64,000 nucleotides of DNA, from positions 1 through 64,000 of the forward strand of contig JAAILG010001499.1 of NCBI GenBank assembly GCA_012026655.1. Direction: 5' to 3'. Numbering within the stretch: the stretch's first letter is position 1; every line of letters begins with the position of its first letter. This document shows, one piece after another, positions 1 to 12,410 of the stretch. Source of the DNA: Hydrolagus affinis. Lineage: Eukaryota. The position numbers and the translations under genes are program-made. The notes under the pieces were generated by a model that did no database searches, was not told the DNA's origin, and saw nothing but the letters and a program-made list of their open reading frames with translations.

Positions 1-2754
1 ACAAGTGCAGCATTTTAACCCAACCACACATTCTGGTCATCAGCAGAATAAATATGTTGAATATTTAAACATTGAATATTTATCCATTCTATATACTTAT
101 GATTTTAAACTAACCCAAATAAAATATATTTTAGATGCGTATCAATCTTTGACAGGTGCACTGAAGTTGGATCTTGAATGCAAATTTTTGAACTGTGTGA
201 GTTGACAGTTGACCTTCCTACCAAAATACCCAATCCTCCAAATGCATGAAAACGAAGGGAATTGGATTTTTATTTGAAGTTAGGGAGCATTCTGAAAAGC
301 AGTGATAATTTCAGAGCTTAAGAGCAATAATATCAATAATAATCCTGCCTTTTGATATGGCGTCTCAAAGAGCGTCACAGCAAGAAGATAAAGAGAAACA
401 AATTATAGCATTTGAAAGGTCCCCTATCTCTACCTTATCAAGTCTATCAGAGGGATAACAATAATAATCTTTGAATTTGAATTGATATTTCTTGCTTTGA
501 TTGAATGACACACTGCGATTAGAGTTACAGCTAATCTGCCGGCTGATTGTGCAATGCAGCAAAACAAGACCTGAATTTCCTCTTGATTTAATGGAAAAAT
601 TATCTAGTCTGCAATAAAGAAAAGCAGAAGTTCAAAGACAATTATTATATTGCTTTTAAACCATCAGTAACCAAACGCATTGGTGACCATTCGTGTTCAA
701 ACAACATTTTCCTTACACTTTGAAGATTTGCCAATCAAAAGTCAAGTACAGAATTTATGCAGGTCTTTTTAAACAATCTTTTATTGACTGGCTCATTTTT
801 TTTAAAAACAAGTACTGTACATTTAAAGTTTTAGTTTTTTGCAGATTAGTTCATTCTGATTCAAATGTTCAATTCGGTCAATGTTGTTTTCACTGTACAG
901 CAATGATGAATTCCATTTTGCTGGATTTCGAAAGATTCTGTGTTCTGTGCAATTCTTCAAATTTTTAAAACTCGTAAATATCCAGCAATCACTACAGCAA
1001 CATACATGCAACTGGATGAAAAGTGTGTGTCGGTTGAGCAGCCCGCTATGATTAAATTATCACCAGCAGTGTCTAGGTTTATACCAGAAGAATGACCTTC
1101 TGGGTGTCTACTATGCAAGTGGGCATTCAGGCAACCACAGTCCTTGAATGGTTAGACAGCGTTCTCAGATTTAAGGCCCAGAGGTGGTTGATTCCAAACC
1201 CTGTCAGTTACATTAATCATGCGTATAGGCAAGCTTTAGCTTGGCTGCAGTGAGGCGCACTTAGAACACCAAAGCATTGCTTGAAGGGAAGATGTAACAT
1301 CTAGTTCACTCCATAGTAAATGTACCCATGTCCCCAAGCAAGAATTGTTTGCCATTGGAAATATATTCCAACTATTTGGGCAATGTTTCCAACTGAAGTA
1401 GATTGAAGACAAGTTATTCTAATACAATAGGAAAGGATGGAAAATACAATAAACCCTTTTTTTTAATACACTGTGCACACGAATACACAAATTGTTTGCT
1501 GAAATGTGTTTGATTAAGAAACTGATTTAAAACAAATTATTTTGCTTTCAAGCTCAGGAAACTGCATTGAAGTTAAGCCAAAAAAAACTGTCGCTGTCAG
1601 TCATAGAGCTGAAGCTAAGGGGATTTTCAGAATCCATTCAATGATTAGAATTATGTTTTTTTTATAATAAAACAATCTGTTTACCCTAATGATAGTGAAT
1701 AATGTCTTGTTTTTACAGACACTGAAAGTCCCTGATAAGACACATAAAGCACTTTCTGCATGTTTGAGCCCAAATGATGAATATCAGCACATTGTTTCAC
1801 CAAGAACACATTCACAGCCAAATGCCATCTCACCTAACATCACAGAATTCATACTGCTCATCAAATCTCGACATCCAGCAACCACAGAACCAATATGCTA
1901 AACATTCAAACATTAAGCAGATACAGTAATACCTTTTACACACTAAAAATAAAGTAAATTAGTGCCATAAACCTATTTGAAGAACTGAGTTTTGTACATT
2001 CATAAAAAATAATTTTACGCTATTTGAACCGGTTGAAAAGCAAACACTCCTCAAATTTCTAATTAGAAAAATAAAAACTGTACAAGTAAAAAAAATCTTA
2101 AAAAACAAAATGAATAAAAATTTCAGACCCATATATCTGATATGCATATGATACACATTAATATATACACATATGTACATATACACATATGATACACATT
2201 AATATACCAAAATATCTGGATTGTAAAATGTTTTAAATTAGAATTTAAAATGGTAATGTGGTGTTCAATTTACAGTTAGATGCATCTTAAAATTAAACAT
2301 TGGAGACTGGTAGCAATTGAAATTCATTAGAAGCCAGTTCCAAATCAGTAACTCAATAGAAATAAACATATCAATTAAACATATTTGACAGGTCATAAAG
2401 TCAACATGAAAGGTTAAAAAAGTACTGAAACTACTGGCATCTGCAAAAGTAACACAGTAATTACATTTAGATACACTATATTCAGTCTTATAATCATTAA
2501 GAATCACTTGACTATGTAAGACTAATCTATTTTAATGACTTAGAAGTGAAGGATATTATTGAGCCTTGTAATGGTGTAAATTACTATTGATTAAACCGAT
2601 GGCTGTGTAATTATTCTTTCCATTTTTCTACAGCTGTCAAGCTTGAATCAGAGAGCCTTCTCGCTTAATGACAAACCGATCAACTCCATTAAAATTATTT
2701 TTCCAGAAACACTTCATAAATTTTGTCGCATATCCATATGTACAACATCAGTAA

Positions 2755-2875
2755 AATTACAGTTGTATAATGCCTTTCATGTCAAGAGGACAACCCAAGC
2801 GCTGTGGTAACAACAACAACTTTGATTTATATAGCACCCTCCACGCCAGACGGTGTCTCAGAGCATTTCACAATA
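2755..2875 (-). mobile_element. Two adjacent very short L2 3'-end fragments (stem-loop plus (TTG)n tail)
   Basis: caacaacaactttgatttatatagcaccctccacgccagacggtgtctcagagc matches the ends of the L2 copies at 5121 and 38671; a more degenerate tail sits immediately to its left. Confidence 0.7.
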
Positions 2876-3220
2876 GCTCTTCACTGTACATATCTATGTA
2901 CAAATAAATAGCGCATAGTTGTGTTACTTATATTTCTGATTAGATATCAGAGAAGCAAAATTTGCCCCTTCCACCCCCACCCCTCCACACACACACACCT
3001 TGGACGAATTTAGAAGCATGTTGAGTTAATTGTTTAAATTTGGGTAGAAATGCTTCAGAAAAAGCACCCCATGTTACAAGCACTCATGCTTGTCACTCGG
3101 TGTCAAAAAAAAATTCACTTATGAATTATTAGTGCTACAGCCTCATAGCCATATTATGAAACATGGCAGCAGCTGTGAAAGTTCACATTCTTCAGGGTGA
3201 CTAACCATATCTGAACTTAC

Positions 3221-3343
3221 CTGCGTAGCGAACAGGCGCATCTTTATCCAGTGCTACAAGCGGTGGATCCAGTAGAACGGTGTCATTGTTCTCCGTTATG
3301 ACACCGTGGTAGGACGTCTCAATCCATGGCTTGTGCTTGTTCA
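3221..3343 (-). CDS. clstn2: Calsyntenin-2 internal coding exon (probably exon 2; start of first cadherin repeat), 123 bp, phase 1-1
   Basis: Translation (V)NKHKPWIETSYHGVITENNDTVLLDPPLVALDKDAPVRYA(G) is nearly identical to vertebrate CLSTN2 as I recall it; WIETSYHGVITENND separates it from CLSTN1/3. Canonical acceptor ttttattccccag|TG (AG at 3345-3344) and donor GCAG|gtaagt (GT at 3220-3219). Confidence 0.93.
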
Positions 3344-3482
3344 CTGGGGAATAAAATGGCAACAAGTTACGAAACAAATTATGCCAATAGATGTTTTCAT
3401 GCATAACTCAGGTAGAAACATTGTGAAGATAATCACATTAGGTCTACAAACAATTATCCTCGTTGTAGATGTACAGTGAAAT

Positions 3483-3729
3483 TTAGAAGGAACTACTTCA
3501 CCCAGAGGGTGGTGAGATTGTGGACTTGCTGCCTTAAGTGCTGCTTGAATCAGATAATGTAGGTGCATTCGAGAGGAAGCTAGATCTTCACATGATGGAG
3601 AGGGGAATAGAAGAGTTATGGGAGGGAATAAGGAATGGGTGAAAGACTCTTGTGGAACATAAACATCGATACAGACTGGTTGGACCGAGTGCGCTGTTTC
3701 CATGCTGTGCATTTTTTGTAATCTTTGTA
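3483..3729 (+). mobile_element. CR1 LINE 3' fragment (older subfamily)
   Basis: RRNYFTQRVVRLW-like ORF2 C-terminus (aggaactacttcacccagagggtggtgagattgtgg) followed by a CR1-type 3'UTR ending ctgtttccatgctgtgcattttttgtaatctttgta. Confidence 0.75.
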
Positions 3730-5120
3730 CTTGATGATCTGCTGCACACCAGGGGAGTTACTCATTTGTTCTGTTCTGAACATGGTTCACGATTTCTCTC
3801 ATCCTATATTTTGCTCTCCCCCAGTAGGAGATTCCTGCAGCATGCTGCTTGTTATATGATAGTTTGCGATGCCAGCTATGCTGTAATCATCATCAATACC
3901 TCACCACACGAAATCGGATAACAGCAAATGTACTTACAATGGAGCAAGCAAGTCAACCATGTCAGGTTTCAAATCTCTCTCTCCCCCCCCACCCCCACCC
4001 TCCACATCTAAGCTACTGTGAAACAAACACGAGCATAGCACAATATACCACCCAGGGTGGGGTGGTGATTCTGGAAGGATGAAATCGAATACTGTAATTC
4101 CAAAAACCTCCTTCATTTGAAAAAACAAATCTTGTGATGATACGTCTCGTCAGAACTGATCAAGTTTGTTCCAAACAGCAAAAGATAAACAAAGATTCTG
4201 ATACATTCAGAATCTCAATTCCAAGACAGTTTCAATTCAGATATAATCCAGACAGTCTGAAACTGAAAGGATCACTGATGTTTAATCCACATATAATCAT
4301 TCTTGACCTAAACAGTGTTTCTAGATGAATTGAGGTTAAAGTTTCCAATTTACAACAACTTGCGGAGCAATGTCTCGGAGTGTCACAATATAACTTTATA
4401 TTGAGCCCGGTTGTATGCAAGTGATATAGAACACAAATGATCTACACTCCAGAGTTCTCATTGATCTTGCACAAACTCCCAAATTACCTTGACATCTCAA
4501 GCAATCTCTTATTACTGCAGCTTGACGGACTGAAAAGTGAACGATCACAGCTGACCATGATCTGATATTTAAGCTAACACGGGGAATGCATTCTAACAAA
4601 AACATAGTTCATCTGGGATTTAGGAGGAATAACAAAATATTTCATGTTGCATGTTGATACAGCCTCATTGTAGAGCCTCCCCTTATTTAAAATTGATTTA
4701 GCGCAAATAACTGCTGCACATTTCATTATTTCAAGATGCGAAAGAATACTGTAGATCGAAAGTCACCCAAGTGTTAGCATGGTACCATCATGGTTGGTTG
4801 GGGCAGTTGGGTGCAACATATTGTAATGATCTAACCATGATAAATAACCATATGTTTCTGTCTGGTATAACCATCTTGCACTGGATATTTGAGTTCAGCT
4901 CAAAACACATTCTCTTATTAACTTACAGCAGACTACCATTGCGAGGTCACTACTGACAAACCACTATAAATCCCACACTGCAATCTCATCTGTCAAATTC
5001 CTCGAAAACAAACATTGATACCAACAGGCATCACCTTGCACTACATTAGTTGCGACTGCTCAGTCTCACATGGATTATTAATATGCACTTAACACACTGT
5101 AGAACTTCTACAGTTTCTTT

Positions 5121-5385
5121 CAACAACAAATTGGATTTATATAGCGCCCTCCACGCCAGACAGCGTCTCAGAGCGCTTCACAATAACGGATCCCGGGGCC
5201 AAGCCAGGGGGAGGGGGAAAAAGGTGACCAAAGCGTGGTCGAAAAGAAAGGTCTTTAGCCATGATCTGAAAATAGGAAAAGAGGGGGTGAGGCGAAGGAA
5301 GTGAGTTCCAGAGCCTTGGGGTGTAGGCACGGCCGCCGACGGTGGAACGGAGGATTCGGGGGAGAAGGTCTTACAGAGCCTGGCA
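5121..5385 (-). mobile_element. L2 LINE 3' fragment
   Basis: Minus frame ...FRSWLKTFLFDHA (L2 ORF2 C-terminal LKTxLF motif), 3' stem-loop and (TTG)n tail; homologous to 38671-38954. Confidence 0.85.
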
Positions 5386-6704
5386 TCCACAACATTATTA
5401 TCCACTTCTACATACATCATCAGCAGAGAAAGCATGCATTGATGATGGACTATTTAAACTTGAGGCGTAGCATCATAGTCTAGCTGTTCCCAACCAGCAT
5501 CTAATACTTTCCAGCATTGTATAAGGGAATGCGTTCCTCCAGGGAGAGAGTTGGAATTCCATTCCAATAATCTATTTCTGGAATTTCCATGTGTAATGTT
5601 TGCATAGTCTTAAGCACTATGATGTGTTTCTGCACATGTCAGACCCCGGCTGACCAAACAAAAACAAAGCTGAGTCGGACTCAGTACAGTTTATTTTGCC
5701 TTCTGCTACAAACCAATGGGATTTGGAGTGGATCTAATGTAATTAATTTAAAGAATATATTTGTTACTTTGTTAGTGACTCAATACAATGAAGCATCAAG
5801 AAGACCTGATCTACAACATTCTCTACAAAAAGCTCCCATTAGGTTATAGAGCGTGAGCAAAAATTGCTATCTTTCCCATGGAGTTTCCATGACTTGGAGG
5901 CGACAGTGCTTAATAAGATTCCGACATTGACATTTTACTTCTTTTAATTAATTAAGTCATAATTCTTTCATTTGAATTTTATGTGCTTTAGTCCCTCATC
6001 CAATATTAATATACCTATTAATTCATGATTGAGGGTACAGTTCTGGTGATAAATGAATAATTGTTCACGCACATAATAATCCTATTGTTTTAAAATTCAA
6101 AAGTACTTTTTCCTGAAATGGTATTCAGGAGGTTCGGCATGCCACACATTAAGAATAATACATTGAAGGAGATGGACTTTCCCAGGCAAATTGCATTTTG
6201 TAAAATAAACAAAATCTACCGCTCTTAACTATAGAAATCCAATACATACCCAATAAAATCTGCCTGGTGCACTTTATAAGCCATTCCAATCTTACCCAGG
6301 ATAATAATTAAACTCTACTAAAAGCTTTGCCTCATACTCCCTTGTGATATAATACAGTAATATAGATTTCTTGCATGTGATTATTCATACATATATCCAT
6401 CCAACCAACTCGACTCCCCATTTTTATGGTAAAGTGCTCAATTAATTTGAAGCACCAGACTTGGCTAACACCACCGCGACTTTTTATTGGGTTCCCTGCA
6501 CTCTCTCTTCTAGATTACGGTAGCCACTGTCAGGCAGCATTCAGCCAGCCTTGTATGCGAGTGACATATCTGGGATAGGAAGAGGTTTTACAAAACATGG
6601 TTTTAGCCCAACACCCCACTCCCCCTCTCCCCCATAACTGTGACAAAAATGACATGTTTAGTCCACTTTTACAGTGCAAATCCAATACTAATTATGAAAT
6701 TATC

Positions 6705-7070
6705 AATAGTAATAATAATTGCATTGGATATAGCAACATTCACATCTTGAAGGCATCTTAAAGTGCTTCATCTTCACAGGATATACTGTAAAGTCAAATT
6801 TTGGAGACAAAGGGACAGTCAATTTAAGATTAGAACTGTCCAAGAAACAGCAAGGAAGGAAATAACCAATTTTGCTTTTAAATTGGGGAATTGTTGGCCA
6901 GGACAATTTAGAAATTACAGTCTCTTTTTCAATAATGCGACAAGATCTTTTACATCCACCTAAACAAATAGATAGGACCTCACTGTTTGTGATTGTATGA
7001 CAATTTAGTTCACTTGCACTCTATCCAAGGATAACAATACTACATTAAGTAGGATGCTGTACCTCAACAA
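6705..7070 (-). mobile_element. Degenerate Deu-domain SINE relic with L2-type tail
   Basis: aagatcttttacatccacct and ttggccaggaca match the reverse complement of Deu-domain motifs as I recall them; the tail at 6705-6795 resembles the young SINE tail. Confidence 0.55.
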
Positions 7071-7599
7071 CAATCTGTTGTGTTCATAAATAGCTGAAAT
7101 GAAGAAACTCCTTCAAGCAAAAAGAACTGGCTTGTGTAATAGCTGATATTGCAATAGCTTAAACCACTGGGACCAGGATTTGAATCTGCGTAGACTGCAA
7201 TTCCCATGTAATGACCACAGAGATCATGAAATGAATATGGGCAGTTCCAATCAACTCCCTACAAAGGCTCGAGTTCACAGCACTAAACCTGTTTATAATC
7301 TGGCACTAAATGACATTACCATTGATCAATCTCACTCAGACCACAATGGAAAAAGGAAATGTCACACTGGAGCAGGAAGGCCAATCTTCTGACGCTGGGG
7401 TAGGGTATAGTGACATTGGTAATGAGCAATATATGCTAATTCTGCAACTAACATATGCTATAACTCATCTGAGTGTGTCAGAATGTCAAAAGTGAGAGCA
7501 TTTTCCCTTCAAAATAAACTCCACCTTTCACACTGATGAGCATAAAATTACCCTCCAAAATCATAAATTCCAGGCTTAACTTAAATAAAAATATCTAGT

Positions 7600-7837
7600 T
7601 TTTCAGGGATATTAAAGATCATGTAATGGTATTCAAAAGGAGAAGGGTGTTTCTCCCTCATTGGCCAATAACCTTGGCCAATTCATTGGTTATTCACCTC
7701 ATGGATATTTGTGGAACCTTGGTGATGCAAACGGCTATCACGTTTGCCTACAAAATCAGTCAATATAACTGGACATTAATTACCAGTGAAGCATTCCGAA
7801 TCATTTCGAAGCGATAATGCGCTATAAATTTAATTGG
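7600..7837 (+). mobile_element. Deu-domain SINE relic (3' half)
   Basis: aaagatc..atggtattcaaaaggagaaggg..ttggccaata..tttgtggaaccttggtgatgcaaacggct..gtgaagca..gcgctataaat follows the order of SacSINE1/AmnSINE-type Deu domain plus tail. Confidence 0.6.
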
Positions 7838-7839
7838 TA

Positions 7840-8562
7840 CAGTAGAAGCCTGTTTATCCGTGACTCGATGCACTGGCACGCGAAAAAAAAAGTCCCCATT
7901 CGATAAACCTGAACTTATCCGGAACAATAGCAGTGAAGCATTTGTAAATGCATAAATAATAACATAATAATAGAATATTTTATTGGTACTTACTGTTAAA
8001 ACTACTCTCTTGTGCTTTTTACCTTTGCTGGTAGATACTGCGCTTGAAGCCATGATGCTGCAGTTGTGGTTTATAGTCCAGCAATTCTTTTTAAAATGGA
8101 GCACGCCAGGCGGGTGAAAAAAACGGAGCGCGTATGACTTTAAAGTCATATTAGCGGCAAGCCGATAACGCTAGCCGATAACCTACCTTGTCGTGCAGGT
8201 GCAGTATTTCGGTTTGTCGCTAGTAGAGTCTAGGGCTTTGGCTTGCAGCTAGTAAAGTCGTGCAACTTTAAAATCGCGCTGCCGTTTTTTTCACCGACTT
8301 GGCTCCATTTAAAAAAGCATTGCTGGACTGTAAACCTCAATCAGTAAAGGTGAGAAGCGCAAGAGAGTAGTTTTAACAATAAGTACCAATATAATATTCT
8401 GTTATTATCTGTTATTACTTAGTCTGGTGTGTACGGTGTGTGTTAAAAGAACTTTAATTGTTTTGTGGTGGGTATTCGGCCGCGGGCCTCCCGAATATCC
8501 GGCAGGCGCTTTAACCGGCATCCGCCAGGTCCCGCAGGTGCCGGATGAATGGGCTTCTACTG
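7840..8562. mobile_element. TcMar-Tigger/pogo-like MITE, 723 bp, internally palindromic
   Basis: TIRs CAGTAGAAGCC...GGCTTCTACTG, flanked by TA (7838-7839, 8563-8564); a second copy lies at 24469-25195. Confidence 0.9.
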
Positions 8563-9454
8563 TATTACTTTTCAAAATGATATCATTTTTGAAGTGGTCC
8601 CAATCATTTTTTAAATTTGACTCAGTCCATTTATACAACTTTCCAAATGAGAGACGGATATCTTTAATATAAATTTTTCCTCCTTTCTTCTTCCCTTTAA
8701 ACAGAACAGTAAATTTTAAACAGTCAGGATTCAAAATCTTTTCGTCTGAATGTATTTCTGTACAACTGTTCTATGCATTGCTGTTATGCATGGCTGTACA
8801 AAACTGCTGGTTTGTCAACAGCATACATTGAACTTTGTGTTCAGAGATGGGTTCATTTATAGGTTGTGAATAATTTTTTTTAATGAACTGCAAACTATGC
8901 TTAAGCTTTCTACCTTCCTTTTTGTTTTCTGAACTTATAGTTTTGTGGCAAATAGCTTCAGTCAAAGAAAGCATCAACTGATCCTCAGTTTAGGAAATAT
9001 ATAGTAATCTCTTCAACAATCTAGAAACTCGAATTGATTTCAGAGCTTTTCATTAAGTGCTTGCCCTTTCCCCTCACTTTGTATGCACTTTCATCGTTGA
9101 TCATAAGGGCTTCTTTGTGGTTTGTGACAAATGAATAATTTGGCAACATAATGAAAAAAAACAAGGCTTTGCATTCAGATGAATTTGGATGAATTAAAAA
9201 CTGCCTGTGTATGCATTACTCCCATTTCCATTCAATTTTACTTTGAGAGCCACTTTATCAAATAAATTGGTAACAACAAGTAACCATTGCAGAGTTAAAT
9301 TAATATTGATTTCTTTTATTCAAGCATACTTACTAGGTTTCTGCATATGTATGTGTAGCATATTCAAAGATTAATTGTTCATTTACCATGTTACTGATTG
9401 TGGGGCATTGTAGATGCAGATTAGCTTGTAAACTGATTTAAATAGTCACTTCAA

Positions 9455-9760
9455 GGAGTCATGTAGCTCAGTGGTTAGAGCACTCACCTTGCAAGTGAGA
9501 GACCTGGGTTAAATTCCCAGCAGGGCAAAACCTTGGGGAAGTTTCCTTACTCCACCCACCTGATAATAATTCCTTCAGAAAATATAATAAATAAGTGGTC
9601 ATTTCAATCGGCGACAGTTTGTGGGATACTGCCATGCGCATTTGCCTGCCGTGTTTCACTCATGAATATACAGTCAATTCACTTTACAGTATTTTCTGTG
9701 AAGCACTTTGAGATATCTAGAAGACGTGTAAAGTGCTATATCCAATGCTATATTCTTATT
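9455..9760 (+). mobile_element. tRNA-Ala-derived SINE with L2-type tail, full length (subfamily B)
   Basis: A-box tagctcagtgg, anticodon arm ctcac-cttgcaa-gtgag, degenerate B-box, shared body and stem-loop tail; many homologous copies in the window. Confidence 0.9.
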
Positions 9761-12224
9761 ACACTTCAAAGTAACTCTGTGTAAAATGCATCAAGACATT
9801 TCAATGAGATAAGGCACTAAATCAAACTTGGGTATCATTAATATACATCTATTTGTTACAATGCCTGTCATACTCTCAATTTTATTCAATTTATAGTGAG
9901 TTAATTTTGACAATATCGCACTAGATTCAAATATTGCCAAAAGGTGACAGAATATTACAAGCATAACATTATTTGTTTAAAAGGCAAAAATTACACTTTC
10001 GTGTAAAATATCTTTAAGGTATGATTGAACAGTAATAATGAACAGCACCGTACTACATTATTAAACTGAGAATGAATGAAGTTTCTATTTCATCCTTCAC
10101 TGATTCACTTATTCTTCAGTGCTGGAAGAAAAGTAGTCCATTAATATACTTGACACAGCCAGAACTTACTGTTATTAGTGAAAGGAATAATAAAATTTAG
10201 AAGATGAAATGGATTAATAAAGATTCAACTTCATACAGTGGGCTAATTGCTTTATAATTTTGTTTTACATCTCTCAAATAATTCCTACATTATTATACTA
10301 GTAAATCATGTAAATGAACTGACAGCAGTACAAGCTCTCAGTCTTCAATGTCATTTCATTTGAACGTTTCATTGTCAATAGCATCTTTTTATTTGTAAAA
10401 CAATCGCCTCTCTCAACACACACATATGTATATGCGCACGCATATACACATTCTTTTGTAGTCATCTTACAATCTTCGCCCACACCATGCCATATACGTT
10501 TCCCATTTTTGAATAATGATGATCTGTTTTCTTTCCACAGAAGGGTTCTATGAGGACCAGTGAGATATCAGAGACAAGAGAGGAAATTCTGTGCGTTTGT
10601 GTATAGGGATAAACAGGACAATTATTTTTGGTTGAAGTAAAAAAAAAAGGAAAGGTATAGCTTAAAACCATTTCGGTAATTGGATCTCGTTTTTTCCCTA
10701 AAGAAATAACTCTATAATGTGCAACTCAAAATAGTAGGAGAATGGAAATAGACCCCTGTGATAGCTGGACAGCAGATAAATTAATTTGTGACACTGTTAC
10801 AGTTATCCAAAAAACAAATTATTATTTAATCACCATTGCTGACCTATCTGGACTATGCCTTTTTATGTGTGGTAAAAGATGTTTCACTTCAATTTACTAG
10901 TGTTCAGGTCCATGTCTCCTTTTTGAGACAAGTCATAAAAGGGATGAACAAAATTAAATCTGGGGTACAGCACTTGTGGGGTTTGGGAATCACATGCTTG
11001 GGGATTGGGGAAGGGTTACAAGAAGGGATCTTATATCTCTCGATTGTTATCTCTAGGATCAATCATGCATTGTTCGTTCAGGTTGAAAACGTCCCAAGAT
11101 ATTTTGTCCACGTTTGTTATTGGGATGCAAAATTTCCTAACTGTAGATGAAGAAACAGTCATTTTCTGTAGAGAAGGAAAATGTACAACCGCAGGGAGTC
11201 TATCAGTTGACAACTTGTGGACTTTCTCTGCCCGCAGAGACACAAACAATACACACAACTGAGCACAGTCTACAGGGAATGAATCTCAAACCACATTGCA
11301 TTGCTTGGTGTACACCGAGACATTACATTTGTTTGGCACACACGTAGCCATTCTAATGCTTCTACAGCGTTAAATTTATGCAGTTCCAACAAGCATTAAA
11401 AACTCTGGAAACTGTGCATTCACGACCATCAATAAAGCAGCATGTATTACTCAACAGCTGGTAGTTGCACAGTTCCATTCTTCAAAGGTAATGCAAGAGT
11501 GTAACAAACCACACTTATGAATTCCTATTGCTTTCCGTCTGAGTCTATTCCCCATCTTTGGATCTCAGATAAGATACATCAGCTGTCTCTCAGGTAATCA
11601 ACCTAGGAACTTAAGAAGAATATTAATCTCCAACTTGACATCTAGTTAAACCTCTTGTGTATAATTCTTAACCTTACTGATGGGTTTTCCTTGAATATCA
11701 CATGAGGTGAATCACTGAGCTTCACTATTTATTGCCCTGTTCCTCTGAACCCTGATGGGATCCAACCAATGATGACCATGAGATACCTTCTACCTGTCCT
11801 TAATGTGGAGCAACTGTTGTTTAAATAACTGAAAACTGATGAGATTCAGCCCAAAATAATCCACCACATTGAAATTTCAATAGACTGAAAAAATCCACGC
11901 AATTTATATTCATTTCAAATATAATGCAATGCACCAAACCCTCCAATGATTATAAAAAGCACTCTGATGAGATTTTCTACAGTAGGTTGCTGGTTTTAAT
12001 ATTTTATGCTCCTATCCAACCAGGAAGGAATGCTTCCTCTCCTTCAGGTGTTGACTGATTGATGCCCTCAAAAGGAAAATGTATGTGTCTCAGCAACTGA
12101 GAAGCTCTGTAATCCCTAGGTGCAATTTATAAACCAAAAGTAGGAGAAGCTCTTTTAATGGCTCACTGAATTTATCCAGTTAGTATCTCAACAGATAAGA
12201 AAGTCTCCTTTGTTTGAATCCTCC

Positions 12225-12410
12225 ATACTGTACTGAGTTAGTTGATATCAGCCCAGCAAGGTGAGAAGGACCAATGGAATCAGCTTCCAAGCCCGTGGCC
12301 AAGAAGGGAAAACACAGCTATTACTTCTTCTCACTATCCAGTTACCTCTACTGGAAGGGTGTGTGAGCGAACGTATCAAGCCAATATAAAACAGGGCCAA
12401 GCTGTGTGGC
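12225..12410 (+). mobile_element. Ancient SINE-like family X, fragment
   Basis: tgagttagttgatatcagc and ctcactatccagttacctctactggaag motifs are shared with copies at 17312, 22930, 39755, 43395 and 53020. Confidence 0.5.

Noticed and set aside
1075-1330. Possible 5S-derived SINE relic
   Set aside because: Similarity to 5S internal promoter boxes is too weak to support by eye.
2130-2210. Repeated catatgatacacattaatata
   Set aside because: Ordinary AT/AC-rich local duplication with no further structure.
3344-3404. N-terminal part of ORF 3201..3404 (MHENIYWHNLFRNLLPFYSP) and its C-terminal KFRYG
   Set aside because: Intronic read-through on either side of the real exon; canonical splice sites delimit 3221-3343.
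9455-9530. SINE heads as functional tRNA-Ala/Val genes, with apparent stem covariation (ctcac/gtgag)
   Set aside because: No acceptor-stem 3' half, each is followed by SINE body, and the paired changes are explained by CpG decay on both strands.
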